Positions 1-8,000 of a DNA stretch of 64,000 nucleotides are shown here, piece by piece. Position 1 is the first letter of the stretch; every line of letters starts with the position of its first letter. The position numbers were made by a program, and so were the translations under genes. Source of the DNA: an uncultured Clostridia bacterium (GTDB lineage Bacteria > Bacillota > Clostridia > Christensenellales > CAG-138); the NCBI GenBank assembly GCA_934633985.1, contig CAKTYU010000001.1, positions 93,500 to 157,499 of the forward strand, given 5' to 3'. The notes below the pieces were generated by a model. It was not told the DNA's origin, ran no database searches, and saw only the letters and a program-made list of their open reading frames with translations.

Positions 1-133
1 TGTGAATGACGCCGCCGTAATCCTCCCCCCTGCGGCTGAACTCGTATACGGTATAGCCGTTTTCGCAGAGCATTAGGGCGGTTGCCCTGCCTATGCCGCT
101 GCTCCCGCCTGTTACGATAGCTGTCTTTTTCAT
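1..133 (-). CDS. Short-chain dehydrogenase/reductase (SDR), N-terminal fragment running off the window
   Basis: Absent from the ORF track because its stop lies outside the window. Minus-strand translation from ATG (133..131) gives MKKTAIVTGGSSGIGRATALMLCENGYTVYEFSRRGEDYGGVIH, with a TGxxxGIG Rossmann motif. The start overlaps the stop of the upstream gene (ATGA), suggesting translational coupling. Confidence 0.8.
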   Translation of the reverse strand, partial: MKKTAIVTGGSSGIGRATALMLCENGYTVYEFSRRGEDYGGVIH

Positions 134-1305
134 CTGTTATCCTCCAGTACGCTGCCGAGTATGTCCATGGCCTCGTCGAGTATCTCATCGGTATGGGTAG
201 CCATATAGCTGGTGCGGAGCAGGCACTCTGTCATGGGTGTGGCCGGGGGCAGCACGGGGTTGACGTACACGCCGCCGTCGTATGCGCGCTTTGCCATAAT
301 CAGGGTGTTTTCCGGGTCGTGGGTGTATATGGGGATTATGGGTACGCCGGTGAGCTTGTGGGGTATGCCGCGCTCGGTAAGGCCCTTCTGCACGTGATCG
401 GATATATCCTTTAGCCTCTGCACCCGCCAAGGCTCCTTTTTAAGCACCCTTAGCGACGCCAGGGCGCAGGCGCAGCTTGCGGGCGGTATGCTGGCGGCGA
501 ATATAAAGGGGCGGGAGTTATGGCGGACGTGCTCCGCTATGAATTTTGACGACGCCATATATCCGCCCAGGCTTGCGAGTGACTTGCTGAAGGTGCCCAT
601 GTATACGTCTATCTCGTCCTCGAGGCCGTAATAGCTGGGGGTGCCTCTGCCCCCCTCGCCTAACACGCCCAAGCCGTGGGCGTCGTCTACCATTATACGC
701 GCCCCGTATTGCCTGGCAAGGCGGACTATCTCCGGCAGGTTCGCGATGTCCCCGCCCATGCTGAACACGCCGTCCGTCACTATCAGGCAGCCCGCGGAGT
801 CCGGCACCTCCTTAAGCCTTTTTTCAAGATCGGCCATATCGCCGTGGCGGTAGCGCAGCATGGTGGCTTGGGACAGGCGGCAGCCGTCGTATATGCTCGC
901 GTGGTTCTCGCGGTCGCACAGTATATAGTCGTGGCGGCCTGCGAGGGCGCTTATAATGCCAAGGTTGGACTGGAAGCCGGATGGGAAGGTAACCACAGCC
1001 TCCTTATGCAGAAAGTCCGCAAGCTCCTCCTCCAGCTCGAGGTGCATTTTTAAGGTGCCGTTGAGGAAGCGGGAGCCGGAGCAGCCGGAGCCGTACTGAT
1101 CGAGGGCTCTCTTGCCGGCCTCTATGACCTCCGGGTTGTTGGTAAGGCCGAGATAGTTGTTGGAGCCGAGCATTATGCGCCGCTTGCCCTCCATTATTAC
1201 CTGGATATCCTGCCGCGTTTCCAGCGCGTGAAAATAGGGGTATATGCCCTTTGCCTTTGCCTCGGCGGCCAGTTCGCAGGGCCTGAGCTTTTCGAATAAG
1301 TCCAT
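130..1305 (-). CDS. PLP-dependent alpha-oxoamine synthase, serine palmitoyltransferase-like
   Basis: 391-aa ORF. Motifs LGSNNYLGL, GSGCSGSRFLNGT, DDAHGLG and GTFSKSLASLGG (PLP lysine) are present. The C-terminal YVNPVLPPATP...LLRTSYMATHT resembles SPT more than Kbl or BioF, judged from remembered sequences. Confidence 0.8.
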   Translation of the reverse strand: MDLFEKLRPCELAAEAKAKGIYPYFHALETRQDIQVIMEGKRRIMLGSNNYLGLTNNPEVIEAGKRALDQYGSGCSGSRFLNGTLKMHLELEEELADFLHKEAVVTFPSGFQSNLGIISALAGRHDYILCDRENHASIYDGCRLSQATMLRYRHGDMADLEKRLKEVPDSAGCLIVTDGVFSMGGDIANLPEIVRLARQYGARIMVDDAHGLGVLGEGGRGTPSYYGLEDEIDVYMGTFSKSLASLGGYMASSKFIAEHVRHNSRPFIFAASIPPASCACALASLRVLKKEPWRVQRLKDISDHVQKGLTERGIPHKLTGVPIIPIYTHDPENTLIMAKRAYDGGVYVNPVLPPATPMTECLLRTSYMATHTDEILDEAMDILGSVLEDNR

Positions 1306-1358
1306 CGTGCCTCCTTATCGAGCGTATAAAATGGTTAAAATAATTGAACCAATGAATT

Positions 1359-1374
1359 ATTAAAATATTTTAAT
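1359..1374. repeat. Perfect 16-bp palindrome ATTAAAATATTTTAAT in a divergent promoter region
   Basis: Read directly from the sequence. It lies in the AT-rich intergenic region between the SPT-like operon and the DUF212 gene and may be an operator. Confidence 0.5.
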
Positions 1375-1519
1375 CAAATGGAAGCGATTAGTCAAGGCAC
1401 TATGTATATATATTGATAAGGCTAAGAAAAAATTAACATTGCCTGGACATGATAACGGTTCATATAGAATGCTTGCATGATGCGATCAATTTTGCTATGC
1501 TTATCGTCAGAAAGGGGAA

Positions 1520-1987
1520 ATGAATATGACTTTTGGAGAGTTTTTTAAGGGGCTTGCAGAAAATCGCCCCCTCGTGAGCGCGGTGACGGCGTGGGCCGTG
1601 GCGCAGGTTTTAAAAACGATAATAAACTATCTCATAAATAAAGAATGGAAGGCGGAGCGGCTTTGGGGAAGCGGCGGAATGCCAAGCTCCCACTCTGCGA
1701 CGGTGTGCGCCTTTCTGGTGGCCACGGCCTTTAACTATGGCCCGGGCTCGTTTAATTTTGCCATGGCGGTGCTGTTCGCGATAGTCGTGATACACGACGC
1801 CCGTGGTGTGCGGCTGGAGACAGGGCGCCAGGCGGAGATACTTAATTCCATAACCCGCTTTCTGCGCTCCCGGGACAGCAGGATAGAGCTGCCGGAGGAG
1901 GACCTTAAGGAGCTGGTGGGCCACACCCCCTTCCAGGTGGCGGTGGGCTCTGCCATAGGCATAATAGTCGGGCTTTTGATACATTAA
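1520..1987 (+). CDS. Divergent PAP2 / DUF212 family membrane protein
   Basis: 155-aa ORF with the GGMPSSHSA and GHTPFQV motifs typical of the DUF212 (acid phosphatase/vanadium haloperoxidase-related) family. Hydrophobic segments are present. Confidence 0.75.
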   Translation: MNMTFGEFFKGLAENRPLVSAVTAWAVAQVLKTIINYLINKEWKAERLWGSGGMPSSHSATVCAFLVATAFNYGPGSFNFAMAVLFAIVVIHDARGVRLETGRQAEILNSITRFLRSRDSRIELPEEDLKELVGHTPFQVAVGSAIGIIVGLLIH

Positions 1988-2126
1988 AGCGGCGCGGAAC
2001 GTGCGGCATGTATGCAAGGGATACCCAAAGAGGTATTCCCTTTTTGATTGGCGGTTGCGGCGGGAGGGGCGCGGTGTTAGGCTATGCCTATAACGAGCGT
2101 TCGAGAAAATAAGACGGGAGGAAAGC

Positions 2127-2519
2127 ATGATACACAGGCAATTCGCGCAGAGGCGCAGGCTCATGGCGGAGGAGGCGGTGAAGAGGGTCACGCTGACGCT
2201 CACGGGGAGCTTCGACCATTCCGGCATATTCGGCGAAAGGTATGTGGCCATCGGCGGGGAGATGATCACCTAGCTGGGCGCATACCACGTGGAGCGGGGC
2301 AGCACCGTAATACTCCATACGAAGATAAGCCCCGTAATGGGCGGAAACGACAGCTACGGCATATTCGTGAACGGAAGCTGCGTCAGGGACGCTTTAAAGT
2401 GCATAAATCAGGGCCCGGACTACGAGTATACCGTCACGCAAAGCTGCACGGTAAACGGTCAGGGCAATGTACACGCAAGGGGCGGCTACGCAAGGATAGA
2501 CGTGACCACAGAAGGATAA
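2127..2519 (+). pseudogene. Hypothetical 130-codon ORF interrupted by one in-frame TAG (2271..2273)
   Basis: GGGAGG sits 6 nt upstream of ATG 2127. The frame is open for 48 codons, then TAG, then 82 more codons in the same frame; the track reports only 2289..2519. Host-like codon usage is seen on both sides of the TAG. Confidence 0.5.
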
Positions 2520-2557
2520 GCGCATATTAAGAAAATGTAAACAGCGGGCGGCAGGCG

Positions 2558-2605
2558 TTGACATATATAGAATGTCGATATAAGATATGTATAGAATACC
2601 GATAT
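2558..2605 (+). promoter_or_regulatory. Putative sigma-A promoter overlapped by two 16-nt direct repeats (candidate PadR operator)
   Basis: TTGACA (2558..2563), 17-nt spacer, TAAGAT (2581..2586). The repeats are TATAGAATGTCGATAT (2566..2581) and TATAGAATACCGATAT (2590..2605), matching at 14 of 16 positions. Confidence 0.5.
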
Positions 2606-2618
2606 GTGGAGGACATGT

Positions 2619-2954
2619 ATGGACAGGACGCTTGTGACCCGCAGCACGGGTATGCTGCTGCTGAAGCTGATTGAAAGCGAGGATATGTACGGCTATCAGA
2701 TGATAGAGGAGCTGGCGAGGCGGTCTGACGATACCTTTACGCTAAAGGCCGGGACGCTTTATCCCATGCTCCACGACCTTGAAAAGGCGGGGCTGATAAC
2801 AGCATACGAAAAAACGGCGGATACCGGCAGGGTAAGGAAATATTACAGCATAACAAAGGCTGGCAGGGCGGAGCTTTCCGCCAAAACCAGGGAGTGGCGG
2901 GAGTTTTCCCGCGCCCTTGACAAGGTGCTTGGAGGTGTGAGCTATGCCTTCTGA
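2619..2954 (+). CDS. PadR family transcriptional regulator
   Basis: Contains LLLKLIESEDMYGYQMIEEL...GTLYPMLHDLEKAGLI...RKYYSITKAG, a PadR winged-helix pattern. The start is moved to ATG 2619, which lies 7 nt after GGAGG. Confidence 0.85.
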   Translation: MDRTLVTRSTGMLLLKLIESEDMYGYQMIEELARRSDDTFTLKAGTLYPMLHDLEKAGLITAYEKTADTGRVRKYYSITKAGRAELSAKTREWREFSRALDKVLGGVSYAF

Positions 2955-4284
2955 CAGGGTAAACGAATACCTAAAAAGCGTATGCGCCGAGGTACGCTGG
3001 AGGCAGGCGCACGACGCGGTGCGGGAGGAGCTTGCCGCCCACATAGAGGATCAGACCGAAGCGTATATGCGCTCGGGCATGGAGAGGGAAGCGGCGGAGC
3101 GGAAGGCAGTAGAAAGCATGGGGAGCCCGGCGGAGACAGGACTTCGCCTCGACGCGAGCTACCGGCCCAAGCCCCAGCGGGGGCCGGTGATCATGCTGAC
3201 AGCACTGCTTATGATAAGCGCCGCCTGCAGATTTATGGAATATGGAAACGGCGGCAGCTCATTAGGCAAATTTATTATTGCCGCCTGTATAGGCTGCGGG
3301 CTGTTTGTCTGGCTGTATAATGCAAACCTTTACCGGCTGGCGGGGTTGTCATGGCAGGCTTATATTGCGGTGATAGCACTATGCCTTGCTGCACTTCCGC
3401 TGTGCTATTCCCGCGGACCCAGCGAGATGATAGTGCTTCAGACGGCTGCCATAACCATACCGGCGCTGTTTGCCGGCTGGCTGTATGTATGCAGGGGCTT
3501 TGGGGGGCTGCTCACAGGCGGGGCGATGCTGGTGATACCGATAGCGGGAATGCTTATGGCTCCATATACGGGAGCAGCCGTTAACGTCGCCGTTGCGTGC
3601 CTTGCGGTAATAGCGTTTGCCTCGGTATGGGGGCTTTGCGGAAAGAACAGGTGGCTGCCCATAGCGTTAAGCTGGGGCGGCGTGCTGTGCGGCGGCTATG
3701 GGCTGCTCAGGTCAAATGCGCGCTGGTGGCAGCGCGTTGCGGCGATGCTGCGCCCGGAGGCGTTTCCCGAGGAGTACAGTTACCAGATAAGGGTGATAAG
3801 GGATATGCTGCGCGCCTCGAGGCCCATAGGCCGCGGACAGGATACTGAAATGACGCGGTATTCCATGTTCTTTAAAAGGGACGGGGGCATAGGCCGCGAT
3901 GCGTATGTGGATTTCATGCTCACCACAATAGCCCACCGGTACGGCTGGGTGATCGCCCTGATAATAGCCGCGGTGCTGATAGGGCTCATAGCGATGCTGT
4001 TCTTTAAGGCGCTGAGGCTTACGAGCCTGTTCGGCAAAATCATGGGCTGCGGTATCTGCGCGTCGCTTTTGATGCAGGCGGTGCAGTACATGCTCGGCAA
4101 CTGCGGTATTGTGATAATGGGCTGGCTGCCGCTGCCATTTCTTTCCTACGGCAATACGTCGCTGGTGATGAATATGGCTATGGTGGGGCTGCTCTGCTCC
4201 CTGATGCGCTCCGACGGGCTCTATGCGGACAAGGAGGCAAAGCCCTTAGGCAGGCTCAGGCTGCGGCTGGAGTGGCAGGAATAA
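2944..4284 (+). CDS. Membrane protein: N-terminal PadR-associated helical (permease-prefix/HAAS-like) domain fused to a divergent FtsW/RodA/SpoVE (SEDS)-like polytopic domain
   Basis: 446 aa. The start overlaps the padR stop. The N-terminus VNEYLKSVCAEVRWRQAHDAVREELAAHIEDQ is typical of PadR-partner proteins. The C-terminus YVDFMLTTIAHRYGW...LPLPFLSYGNTSLVMNMAMVGLL resembles the SEDS C-terminal motifs. Confidence 0.6.
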   Translation: MPSDRVNEYLKSVCAEVRWRQAHDAVREELAAHIEDQTEAYMRSGMEREAAERKAVESMGSPAETGLRLDASYRPKPQRGPVIMLTALLMISAACRFMEYGNGGSSLGKFIIAACIGCGLFVWLYNANLYRLAGLSWQAYIAVIALCLAALPLCYSRGPSEMIVLQTAAITIPALFAGWLYVCRGFGGLLTGGAMLVIPIAGMLMAPYTGAAVNVAVACLAVIAFASVWGLCGKNRWLPIALSWGGVLCGGYGLLRSNARWWQRVAAMLRPEAFPEEYSYQIRVIRDMLRASRPIGRGQDTEMTRYSMFFKRDGGIGRDAYVDFMLTTIAHRYGWVIALIIAAVLIGLIAMLFFKALRLTSLFGKIMGCGICASLLMQAVQYMLGNCGIVIMGWLPLPFLSYGNTSLVMNMAMVGLLCSLMRSDGLYADKEAKPLGRLRLRLEWQE

Positions 4285-4286
4285 AT

Positions 4287-4320
4287 AAAATGGGCTGCAA
4301 AAGCAGCCCATTTTATTTGT
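4287..4320. terminator. Bidirectional intrinsic terminator between convergent genes
   Basis: AAAATGGGCTGC-aaaa-GCAGCCCATTTT forms a perfect 12-bp stem, flanked by an A-run and a T-run. Confidence 0.85.
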
Positions 4321-4324
4321 ATAT

Positions 4325-5530
4325 TTATTCAGCAAAGCTCGCCACGAGATCCACCAGCACGTCTGTTATCTTATCAAGGCTGGCCGCGGGTATCCATTCC
4401 CGCACGCCGTGGTAATTGTAGCCGCCGGTGGGCAGGTTGGGGCAGGGGAGCCCCGCCCATGAGAGCTGCGCACCGTCCGTTCCGCCCCGTATGGGCACGG
4501 TGCGGGTGGGTATGCTGTTCTTTTCAAAGGCGGCTATGGCCTTGTGGATGAGCTGAATATGGGGCTCTATCTTTTCCTTCATGTTGTAGTAGCTGTCCTT
4601 GACAGCGGCCACCGCGGTGCCCTCGCCGTAGCGGCGGTTTATCTCGGCGGCAAGGGCGGTAAACAGCGCCTTGCGGGCCTCGAAGCCCTTGGCGTCGTGG
4701 TCGCGGATGATGTAGCGGAGGGTGGCCTCGGTCACGCTGCCCTGCATATCGTGCAGATGGAAGAAGCCCTGATAGCCGCAGGTGTTCTCCGGCACCTCGG
4801 TCTTGGGCAGCATATCGTGAAACTCAATGGCGACGGCAGAGGCGTTTACCATTACGTCCTTTGCCTCGCCGGGATGTACGCCCACGCCGTGAACAGTGAG
4901 AACGGCGGAAGCGGCGTTGAAGTTCTCGTATTCTATCTCGCCTATGGGGCCGCCGTCAACGGTGTAGCCGAAGTCGCAGCCCAGGGTCTTTACGTCTATG
5001 CCCTCTGCGCCGCGCCCTACCTCCTCGTCGGTGGTGAATATGACATTTACTTTTCCGTGGGGCCTGCCGCTCTCCATGAGCCTTTCGACGGCTGACATTA
5101 TCTCCGCGACGCCCGCCTTGTCGTCGGCGCCGAGCAGCGTCGTGCCGTCGGTGACTATAAGCTCCTCGCCCACATGCTTTGAGAGGCCGGGGCAGAGGGC
5201 CTCGTTCATTACCACGCCGGATTCCAAGGTAAACTCGCCCTCCGGGCAGGTGATGACGGCGGGGCGGACGTTTTCGCCGGGGGCGTCCGGGGCGGTGTCC
5301 ACGTGGGCTATGAGCGCAATGGAGGGCGCTCCCTCAACGTTGGCGGGCAGCGTGCCGTATACGTTGCTGTTGGAATCAAAGGATATTTCCTTTAGGCCAA
5401 GCTCCTCCATCTCGCGGGCAAGCTCGCGGATAAGCTCCTTCTGACGCTCGGTAGAGGGGGAGGTCTCGGAAAAATCATCGGACGTGGTGTAGTATGTTAC
5501 ATAATGAAGAAAACGTTCCCTTGGGGTCAT
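4325..5530 (-). CDS. pepT: Peptidase T (tripeptide aminopeptidase, M20B)
   Basis: 401 aa. Contains the AHVDTAPD, GADDKAG and TTDEEVG motifs, and the N-terminal FLHYVTYYTTSD is typical of PepT. Confidence 0.9.
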   Translation of the reverse strand: MTPRERFLHYVTYYTTSDDFSETSPSTERQKELIRELAREMEELGLKEISFDSNSNVYGTLPANVEGAPSIALIAHVDTAPDAPGENVRPAVITCPEGEFTLESGVVMNEALCPGLSKHVGEELIVTDGTTLLGADDKAGVAEIMSAVERLMESGRPHGKVNVIFTTDEEVGRGAEGIDVKTLGCDFGYTVDGGPIGEIEYENFNAASAVLTVHGVGVHPGEAKDVMVNASAVAIEFHDMLPKTEVPENTCGYQGFFHLHDMQGSVTEATLRYIIRDHDAKGFEARKALFTALAAEINRRYGEGTAVAAVKDSYYNMKEKIEPHIQLIHKAIAAFEKNSIPTRTVPIRGGTDGAQLSWAGLPCPNLPTGGYNYHGVREWIPAASLDKITDVLVDLVASFAE

Positions 5531-5706
5531 AATATCCTCCCGAAAACAGTTTATTTTGTTCGCCTCAAAGGTTAGCGCATTTGCGGGGCAAAGTCAACCT
5601 TTTACAGCCCCGCCGCGGCATTACGCGGCCGCGGGGCGCCTCCTGACGGTATAAATATAAACGAGTATTGCATAAACACGGGGATATATTATTTTTTTAA
5701 AGGGTA

Positions 5707-5735
5707 TTGACAGTTCCGGAAACCCGGAGTAGAAT
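5707..5735 (+). promoter_or_regulatory. Putative sigma-A promoter of the ABC-transporter leader
   Basis: TTGACA (5707..5712), 17-nt spacer, TAGAAT (5730..5735). Confidence 0.6.
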
Positions 5736-5768
5736 GTAGCCAACATTTGAGAAAGGACGCGTAAGGGA

Positions 5769-5870
5769 ATGAATATGTTCGCTGCAATAAAGAACGCCGG
5801 CATCTATTACTATTACTTTTATGCCACAAGTAATGGTTGTTTGTGCTGCGCGTCGAAGGCGAACAGATAG
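5769..5870 (+). CDS. Candidate leader peptide with a Tyr/Phe run (MNMFAAIKNAGIYYYYFYATSNGCLCCASKANR)
   Basis: 33-codon ORF, too short for the track. AAGGGA lies just upstream, with ATGs at 5769 and 5775. Six consecutive aromatic codons (TAT TAC TAT TAC TTT TAT) occupy 5805..5822. The stop at 5868 is 19 nt before a terminator hairpin. Confidence 0.45.
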   Translation: MNMFAAIKNAGIYYYYFYATSNGCLCCASKANR

Positions 5871-5888
5871 AGCTTACGATGATAAAAA

Positions 5889-5927
5889 GGCCGCATGAGC
5901 AACCGCTCGTGCGGCTTTTTATATTTT
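5889..5927 (+). terminator. Intrinsic terminator inside the 5' leader of the ABC operon (attenuator)
   Basis: GGCCGCATGAGC-aacc-GCTCGTGCGGC followed by TTTTTATATTTT. It lies about 30 nt upstream of the SD (AGGAGG) of the 5959 gene. Confidence 0.7.
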
Positions 5928-5958
5928 AGACAATTATATTTTCAGGAGGAAAAGAAAA

Positions 5959-6978
5959 ATGAAAAAGACACTCGCTATACTGATGGCGGCGCTGATGCTG
6001 ACAGGCCTCACCGCCTGCAGCTCCGCACCCGAAGCTACCGCCGAGCCTGCCGCTACCGCAGAGCAGACCGAGCAGACCGCAGCCCCTGCGGAGGAGAAGC
6101 AGAGCTATACCGTGGGCATTTGCCAGCTTGTCCAGCATCCCGCGCTGGACGCCGCCACCCAGGGCTTTAAGGACGTGCTCACCGAGCAGCTCGGCGACAG
6201 CGTGACCATCGAGGAGGGCAACGCCTCTAACGATATCCCCACCTGCGCCACCATAGTGAACGGCTTCGTTTCGTCCGGGGTGGATCTTATAATGGCGAAC
6301 GCCACCCCTGCCCTTCAGGCGGCTGTGGCGGCTACCAATACCATACCCATACTGGGAACCTCCGTTACGGAGTACGGAGTCGCACTGAATATTTCCGACT
6401 TTTCCGGCACCGTGGGCGGCAATGTATCCGGCACCTCCGACTTAGCCCCTTTGGATCAGCAGGCGGCGATGGTAAAGGAGCTGTTCCCCGATGCAAAGAC
6501 GGTGGGCATACTCTACTGCTCCGGCGAGGCTAACTCCGTATACCAGGCAAACGTTGTGAAGGAATGCCTCGAGGCCGACGGCCTGACCGTAAACGTATTC
6601 ACCTTTGCGGATTCCAACGACGTATCCACCGTTGCAGCCAGCGCCGCCGCCGAGAGCGACGTGCTGTACATACCCACAGATAACACCGCCGCCTCCTGCG
6701 CCGAGGCCATAGCGGCCGTTACCGTTCCCGCCGGCGTACCAGTGGTAACGGGCGAGGAGGGTATATGCAAGGGCTGCGGCGTGGCCGCCCTGTCCATCAA
6801 CTACTACGACCTCGGCCGTACCACCGGCGAAATGGCGGTAAAGATACTCAAGGGCGAGGCCGATATATCCGAGATGCCCATAGAATACTTCCAGGGCCCC
6901 GTTAAGAAATTCAATAAGGACATGGCTGAAAAGCTCAACGTGACTATCCCAGAGGGATACGTTGCCATAGAGGATTAA
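5959..6978 (+). CDS. ABC transporter substrate-binding lipoprotein (ABC_sub_bind / COG2984-type family)
   Basis: 339 aa. Signal peptide with lipobox LTGLTAC. The IGICQLVQHPALD motif is typical of this uncharacterised SBP family. Confidence 0.8.
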   Translation: MKKTLAILMAALMLTGLTACSSAPEATAEPAATAEQTEQTAAPAEEKQSYTVGICQLVQHPALDAATQGFKDVLTEQLGDSVTIEEGNASNDIPTCATIVNGFVSSGVDLIMANATPALQAAVAATNTIPILGTSVTEYGVALNISDFSGTVGGNVSGTSDLAPLDQQAAMVKELFPDAKTVGILYCSGEANSVYQANVVKECLEADGLTVNVFTFADSNDVSTVAASAAAESDVLYIPTDNTAASCAEAIAAVTVPAGVPVVTGEEGICKGCGVAALSINYYDLGRTTGEMAVKILKGEADISEMPIEYFQGPVKKFNKDMAEKLNVTIPEGYVAIED

Positions 6979-7025
6979 CGGGAACATTTTAAAAAGAAAC
7001 AAGACAGTGCAAAAGGAGAAATGAG

Positions 7026-7982
7026 ATGAACGCAGCGGTTTGTTTGGGGCTTCCCGGCATAGCCAACCTGATATCCAGAATGCCGGGCGGTATTGCCCAG
7101 GGAATAATTTGGGGCATAATGGCGCTTGGCCTGTACATCACCTTCCGGCTGCTGGATATTGCAGACCTGACGGTGGACGGCTCCTTCGCCACCGGCGGCG
7201 CAGTAGCCATAATGCTCATAACCTCCGGCTGCCCTGCATGGGCCGCGCTCATAGCGGCCCTTCTTGCGGGGACCGCCGCGGGGCTGTGTACCGGGGTGCT
7301 TCACACCCGGCTGGGCATTCCCGCCATACTTTCCGGCATACTCACCCAGTTTGCGCTGTATTCCATCAACCTCCGCATAATGGGCATGTCCGCAAACCGC
7401 TCCGCCAATCCCGATACCTTCAAGCTGCTCATCACCATGCGAAGCGTGCCTGAGGCCATACTTACGGGCGCTGTGATGGCTGTCGCCATAGTTGCGGCGA
7501 TGTACTGGTACTTCGGAACGGAGCAGGGTTCCGCGATCCGCGCCACAGGCTCCAACCCCAACATGAGCAGGGCCCAGGGCATAAACACCGACAACATGAA
7601 GCTCATCGGCCTTGCCCTCTCCAACGGCATGGTGGCCTTTGCCGGAGGGCTTATGGCCCAGTATCAGGGCTTTGCCGATGTAAACATGGGCAGGGGCTCC
7701 ATCGTTATAGGCATTGCCGCCATAATAATCGGAGAGGTTCTGTGCGATGCCGCCTTCCGCAAGGGCTGTGAGTTTTACATGAGGCTGCTGTTTGTGATAG
7801 TCGGAGGCATAGTGTACTACATCGTAATGGTGATAATACTGTGGCTCAAGCTTGATCCAAACGACCTGAAGCTTTTTACCGCCATAATAGTAGCCGTATT
7901 CCTTGCGGTGCCCCATATACAGGCGGAGCGAAAGAGCTCCTTCAAGATGGCGGGTAAGCGCAGCCTCAATGGAAAGGCCTGA
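7026..7982 (+). CDS. ABC transporter permease (branched-chain/sugar-type BPD_transp_2-like)
   Basis: 318 aa and polytopic. It sits between the cognate SBP and ATPase genes. Confidence 0.8.
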   Translation: MNAAVCLGLPGIANLISRMPGGIAQGIIWGIMALGLYITFRLLDIADLTVDGSFATGGAVAIMLITSGCPAWAALIAALLAGTAAGLCTGVLHTRLGIPAILSGILTQFALYSINLRIMGMSANRSANPDTFKLLITMRSVPEAILTGAVMAVAIVAAMYWYFGTEQGSAIRATGSNPNMSRAQGINTDNMKLIGLALSNGMVAFAGGLMAQYQGFADVNMGRGSIVIGIAAIIIGEVLCDAAFRKGCEFYMRLLFVIVGGIVYYIVMVIILWLKLDPNDLKLFTAIIVAVFLAVPHIQAERKSSFKMAGKRSLNGKA

Positions 7983-8000
7983 TGAAAGGGGAGAGTAGAT

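Noticed and set aside
2271-2273. The in-frame TAG could be a pyrrolysine or other recoded codon.
   Set aside because: There are no pyl genes, PYLIS-like context or methylamine methyltransferase context in the window. A nonsense mutation or base-call error is the more economical explanation.
5736-5958. The ABC-operon leader could be a T-box or a known riboswitch.
   Set aside because: I saw no T-box consensus (GGUGGUACCGCG-like), specifier-loop/AG-bay features, or purine/preQ1/ZTP/guanidine core motifs by eye. The short ORF with a YYYYFY run is the more specific signal. A covariance-model scan would be needed to exclude RNA families rigorously.
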